The notes below the pieces were generated by a model. It worked only from the letters and a program-made list of their open reading frames with translations. It did no database searches and was not told the origin of the DNA. A DNA stretch of 61,555 nt, counting the filler, from Collodictyon triciliatum (Eukaryota), in NCBI GenBank assembly GCA_043381765.1. It is 3 parts of 3 records of this genome, joined end to end, with 100 filler letters (N's around TTAATTAATTAA, not from the genome) between each part and the next. Parts side by side here need not be neighbours in the genome. Positions count along the whole stretch, not along the records: positions 50,320 to 61,555 come from JBHJMP010000972.1; 2 more parts are not named here. The stretch is one strand, 5' to 3'. The translations under genes were made by a program, and so were the position numbers. Positions 57,801 to 61,555 of this stretch are shown here, in pieces. The first letter of the stretch is position 1. Each line of letters begins with the position of its first letter.

Positions 57801-60502
57801 CTTTAATAGGCAAAAAAAATAAATTACCCCAAGATAGTTACTCACGGCCGTATATTTGGAATTCATCTAATTAAGGAGTTTCTATGTTAACATAATTTAA
57901 AACTCTAACTCGGTCACATTGATGATTACTTCCAAAATAATAATGATAAAAATTGTATAGTTTCTAGCTATATTACATGAAATAACTTTCCCATTTTTGA
58001 GCCTTTTATGAAATGGTAAAGATTGTCTGGTAAAGTTTCTCGATTAAATTTCATCAATAAATTGAAATCATAGGTGACCGGAATCTATTGTTTGTTTGTT
58101 TTTTTGGTTTAATATACGTTATTTTGGAGAACATAATCCACAACCACTTTTATTACCTTTGATATTCTATGTAATACGGACACATTTGATTGATTTTCTC
58201 GAATAATAAGAGGGTTATCTGAATGCTTGTGTAAAATTATCCTGCGTTATTTAATGTTAAATTGATTATATGACCTTCCCCTGAAAAAAATAATTAATAT
58301 CATAATTCTAATTTGTGGTTTAATCAATAACGAACTTTATCGCTTCATTGGATGACAATTTTTCAGTTATATGCAAGTCTCCTATGGACTTAAGAAGTGA
58401 TATGATAGGGTCTTTGGCCTATTTTTTTAGATAATTTAGTTAATTTCTGTTTTGAAGTCCTCCAATTCATAAAATAATTAATCGATCTTTGCATGACAAT
58501 CCTTAGAATATCACCGCTGCAGTGGATTGAAAAAGAAGGCGATAGTCATCTATTCCGTGAAGGTTGTTGGGCAATCCTTTTTCTTTCATGTTCTAAATTT
58601 CGTCAATAATAATGTTATCTTGCTTTCGGCTTAATATAGTAGTAATAGAGTTTACCTTTTTCTCGAATTTTATAGCTTGCTGATATAGTGTGGCCAATAT
58701 GGATTCAGACCACATGTTTCTCATAAATCCCATCATTTGTTTCTAAAGTTATTATATAGCTTACACAAAGTATTTATGATTCAAGATTTGAAATATTTAT
58801 TACGTTTCTATTTCTTGATAGTAAAAATGTAGGAACAAAATGTATTTCGTAGCTTTCTTTTCTTCTTTTGTTTATGTTCCCCAGATCCATGAGCTATATA
58901 TCGAATAACAGATTTAGATATTCAGATAAATTTGGTAAAGGTGTTTGGTTGTTTACTAACTCAAAGAAACCTTTCCATTAATCGAGGTAAAAATCAGTTT
59001 CACCAACTCCGAGTAAATATATCGGCACAATAGAAGCTTGCGTGAAACAGCCTAAATTTATTATTTTTTGTTTGAGTTTTAGATATTTTAAATGAAATAA
59101 TGAATCTACCTGATCACGTGAATTTTTTCTGATAATTATACTTCTACCCCCAGGGGTATACGTAGTATGACACATGACTATCGACAAAGATCCTACATCC
59201 ATCCCTTTGATATATATATGCCATTTTAGGATGAGATTGATAAAACATATGAATGAAATGTAACAGAATAAGTCCAACCTAGAAGGGTGCATAATCTCTC
59301 TACCACTGATGTTTGTTTCAATTGCACTCCATCTATAAAATAAAAGGATATTCCTTCAAAATAAATAAATTACACAAATATTTGTATTACTAAAGAAACC
59401 TTCCGCATTATCAAAGTCACAACTCGATAGGAGCTTTACAATAGCGAGCCCCTTTTTTTATATTCATTTTTTTAGTTGTAAAAATTCTGCCAAAAAGCCA
59501 TTTCATGAAAACTTCTATTGATTAAGATACCCTTATGTTGAGTACACGGAAGGAAAACTGTAAATTATACTTGAAATATGTCATCTATTAGTGCTTTTCC
59601 CAATCCAAAGAAATCAAGGGCGGCCTGCAGCATATCTAGTTTTAAAAATTGCATTTTCTTTTGTATTCCATGAAAAATGCATATGTGTTAGACCATCTCA
59701 TATAGACGTTCAATAAGTATCGAAAATCTCAAATAAATGCCTGGAATTGAAATATCAATGTTTCCAATAGCCGGTTCTTTTTATCATGAGATTCACTCTT
59801 CTCTGTTTCTTCATGACTCCCCACCAAACCGGAAGACATAAGAGCGCACCTCCATTTTTCTGGAATTATAAAAATTAAGCATGTGTGTGTTGGGTGCGTA
59901 ATATCTCAATAAAATCTATTTTTCCTACCAAGCATGATTTAGAAAAATAAAATAAAATCTTTTCCCTTCAATCTAATCAGGGGGAAATTCTTACCAGAAG
60001 AAAAAGTGGAGATATATTGAGTAGGTATAGATAATGCTTGTAAAATTGGAAACTCATTTTCTCCTTGGCCTTCTCCTCCGACCATGAGAGTCTTTTGATA
60101 TTATTTTAGGATCAAAAATCAAATCACGGTTTATATTTACTTCAAACAGAAAAAATATTACTCTGTCAGAGAACACAATGTCTGATTGCCATGTGAGAAA
60201 GTCTCTTGTGTGACCCAGGAGGATTCTATACTTTGTTATCTGGATGTTTGAATTTATTAATTCAACGTAATTACCGGTCATAGAAAGGAAATACCAGATA
60301 CAAATCGAGTGTATTTGTCATAATTTTGCTGTAATGGTAAAGAACTCCGCACGATATTATCGTTAAAATTCCAACGACCCTCCCCAATTCCAAACAAAGA
60401 ATTCAATATGATTTCTTCATAGTTCCAAGCGTGTCTCAGTTCGTCAGTCTCGGTTTTAGTAGAAATCTATGCGAGAAACAAAATATGTGGGGTTGTCGAA
60501 TA

Positions 60503-60546
<44 letters not shown>

Positions 60547-61205
60547 CTGGCGGGTGACGTGATAGATTTACGCGCTAAGAAATTGTGAGGCCTTCTTTTA
60601 AAACAAAGGTTTGATAAATCAAATATATTATGCGCACTACCAGCGAAGAAATCGCGTGTCTTGTGAAGCAACCAACCCACTCAGTGCTTCCAGCAATTAC
60701 CAAGCTTGAAGATATTGTTTTACCTTAAATCACACATTGACATATATTACATTAGCAATATTTCATCGTTCGCAAAAAGTGCAGGATATACCCGTCAGCT
60801 CATCTAGAGCTTCTCTAAAAAGCCGAGGAAATACACTTTCAACACATTTTTCCATGTTAAGATCATCGACTTCATTGGCGTTGGCTGAACCATAAACGAT
60901 TGTCGCAGTTTTCATATTCATCTATTTTTTTCTCAGTTATGATAAGGTTATGATTACAAGAGTGATGATGGCATTCGTAATATATGCAAGAAAAACAAGT
61001 TCATAGATAAATGGCTAATACGTTTTACTTGAAAAAAATGGACAACTAACTTGCAACAAAATCTATTTCTCACAGTTTTGGGATGAATTTTGAAAATGAA
61101 TTGGCCACTCACAGTCTTTTCACCCTTCTTGATGCTTTCTGACAGTCTATGAACGAATTGACTTGTGGCAATCTTGTACGCATCGCGCACAAGCTTTGGT
61201 GGCAT
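54872..61205 (-). CDS. Highly divergent myosin-head-like protein (probable pseudo-ATPase) with a non-IQ, helical tail; ~34 short exons, ~1050 aa
   Basis: Successive GT-AG exons give segments collinear with the myosin motor: SSLVIAG, IILNSLFG..NFN, GENEFPILQAL, ALDFFGL..IDDIFQGLAIVKLLSSCDF, LCTLLGMDVGSL..TYTPGGRSII, LCRYIYSELVKLIFTSIN, IISLL, VTYDFNLLMKFNRETLPDNL, FDQDFV, GYPFSLTEDEFIEEF..VYMRGAQ. The start MPPK is at 61205 and TAA at 54872. One junction near 60470-60580 is not phase-resolved. Confidence 0.8.
57108..57205. repeat. (GATGATATT)n 9-mer repeat in the intron after the myosin converter exon
   Basis: About 10 copies, directly visible. Confidence 0.95.
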
Positions 61206-61555
61206 TTTGATTGTATTTTGGTAATCAAACAAAAAAGCTACCGTTTGAATAATAGAATTTTGAGTAATGGGCCTCTTACTTTCGGAATGGTTATTATTCA
61301 GATTAATATCATTTTTAAAAATAAGGATTTATGCTTCGTCAACTCTTTAACATCGTGGTAATCCGGTGCATTTTAGAGGTTTGAATGAAACTTTATAATT
61401 ATCATAACAGAACTTTTGTCAGGTACGATTTTATATTTGCGCTAAATCAGGTGTAGTGTACAAAATAAAGAGCCGAATATCGGATACTGATACTCTTCCT
61501 TCTTCCTTTTTTTTTTTTTTTTTTTTTTTCCATTTTTTTTTCACTTTTTTTTTTT

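Overview
Intron-rich nuclear DNA of a flagellated, probably non-animal eukaryote using the standard genetic code. It is not prokaryotic, so most of the ORF track is exon fragments or microsatellite noise. The window is three assembly pieces (1-28970, 29071-50219, 50320-61555) joined by artificial 44N-TTAATTAATTAA-44N linkers, so gene order across the linkers is unreliable. Manual GT/GC-AG splicing reconstructs 12 genes: importin-alpha; a flavin-containing monooxygenase; an apparently intron-poor, bacterial-type alpha/beta-hydrolase; a DCX/KHA-like + coiled-coil + Ig + PH (SCAB-like) protein; a CDKL5-like kinase; RAB5IF/OPTI; a partial P2B Ca2+-ATPase; a partial EMC2; a partial outer-arm dynein heavy chain of Chlamydomonas-alpha/Tetrahymena-Dyh5 type; U1A/U2B''; an intronless, very GC-rich secreted GH113 glycoside hydrolase; and a ~34-exon gene almost invisible in the ORF track. 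This last gene encodes a full-length but catalytically degenerate myosin head (P-loop, switch I and switch II eroded, no IQ lever) fused to a helical, ARM-like tail. The best leads are the pseudo-myosin, the GH113 and hydrolase HGT candidates, and the SCAB-like protein. All family assignments come from my own motif recognition; no searches were run.
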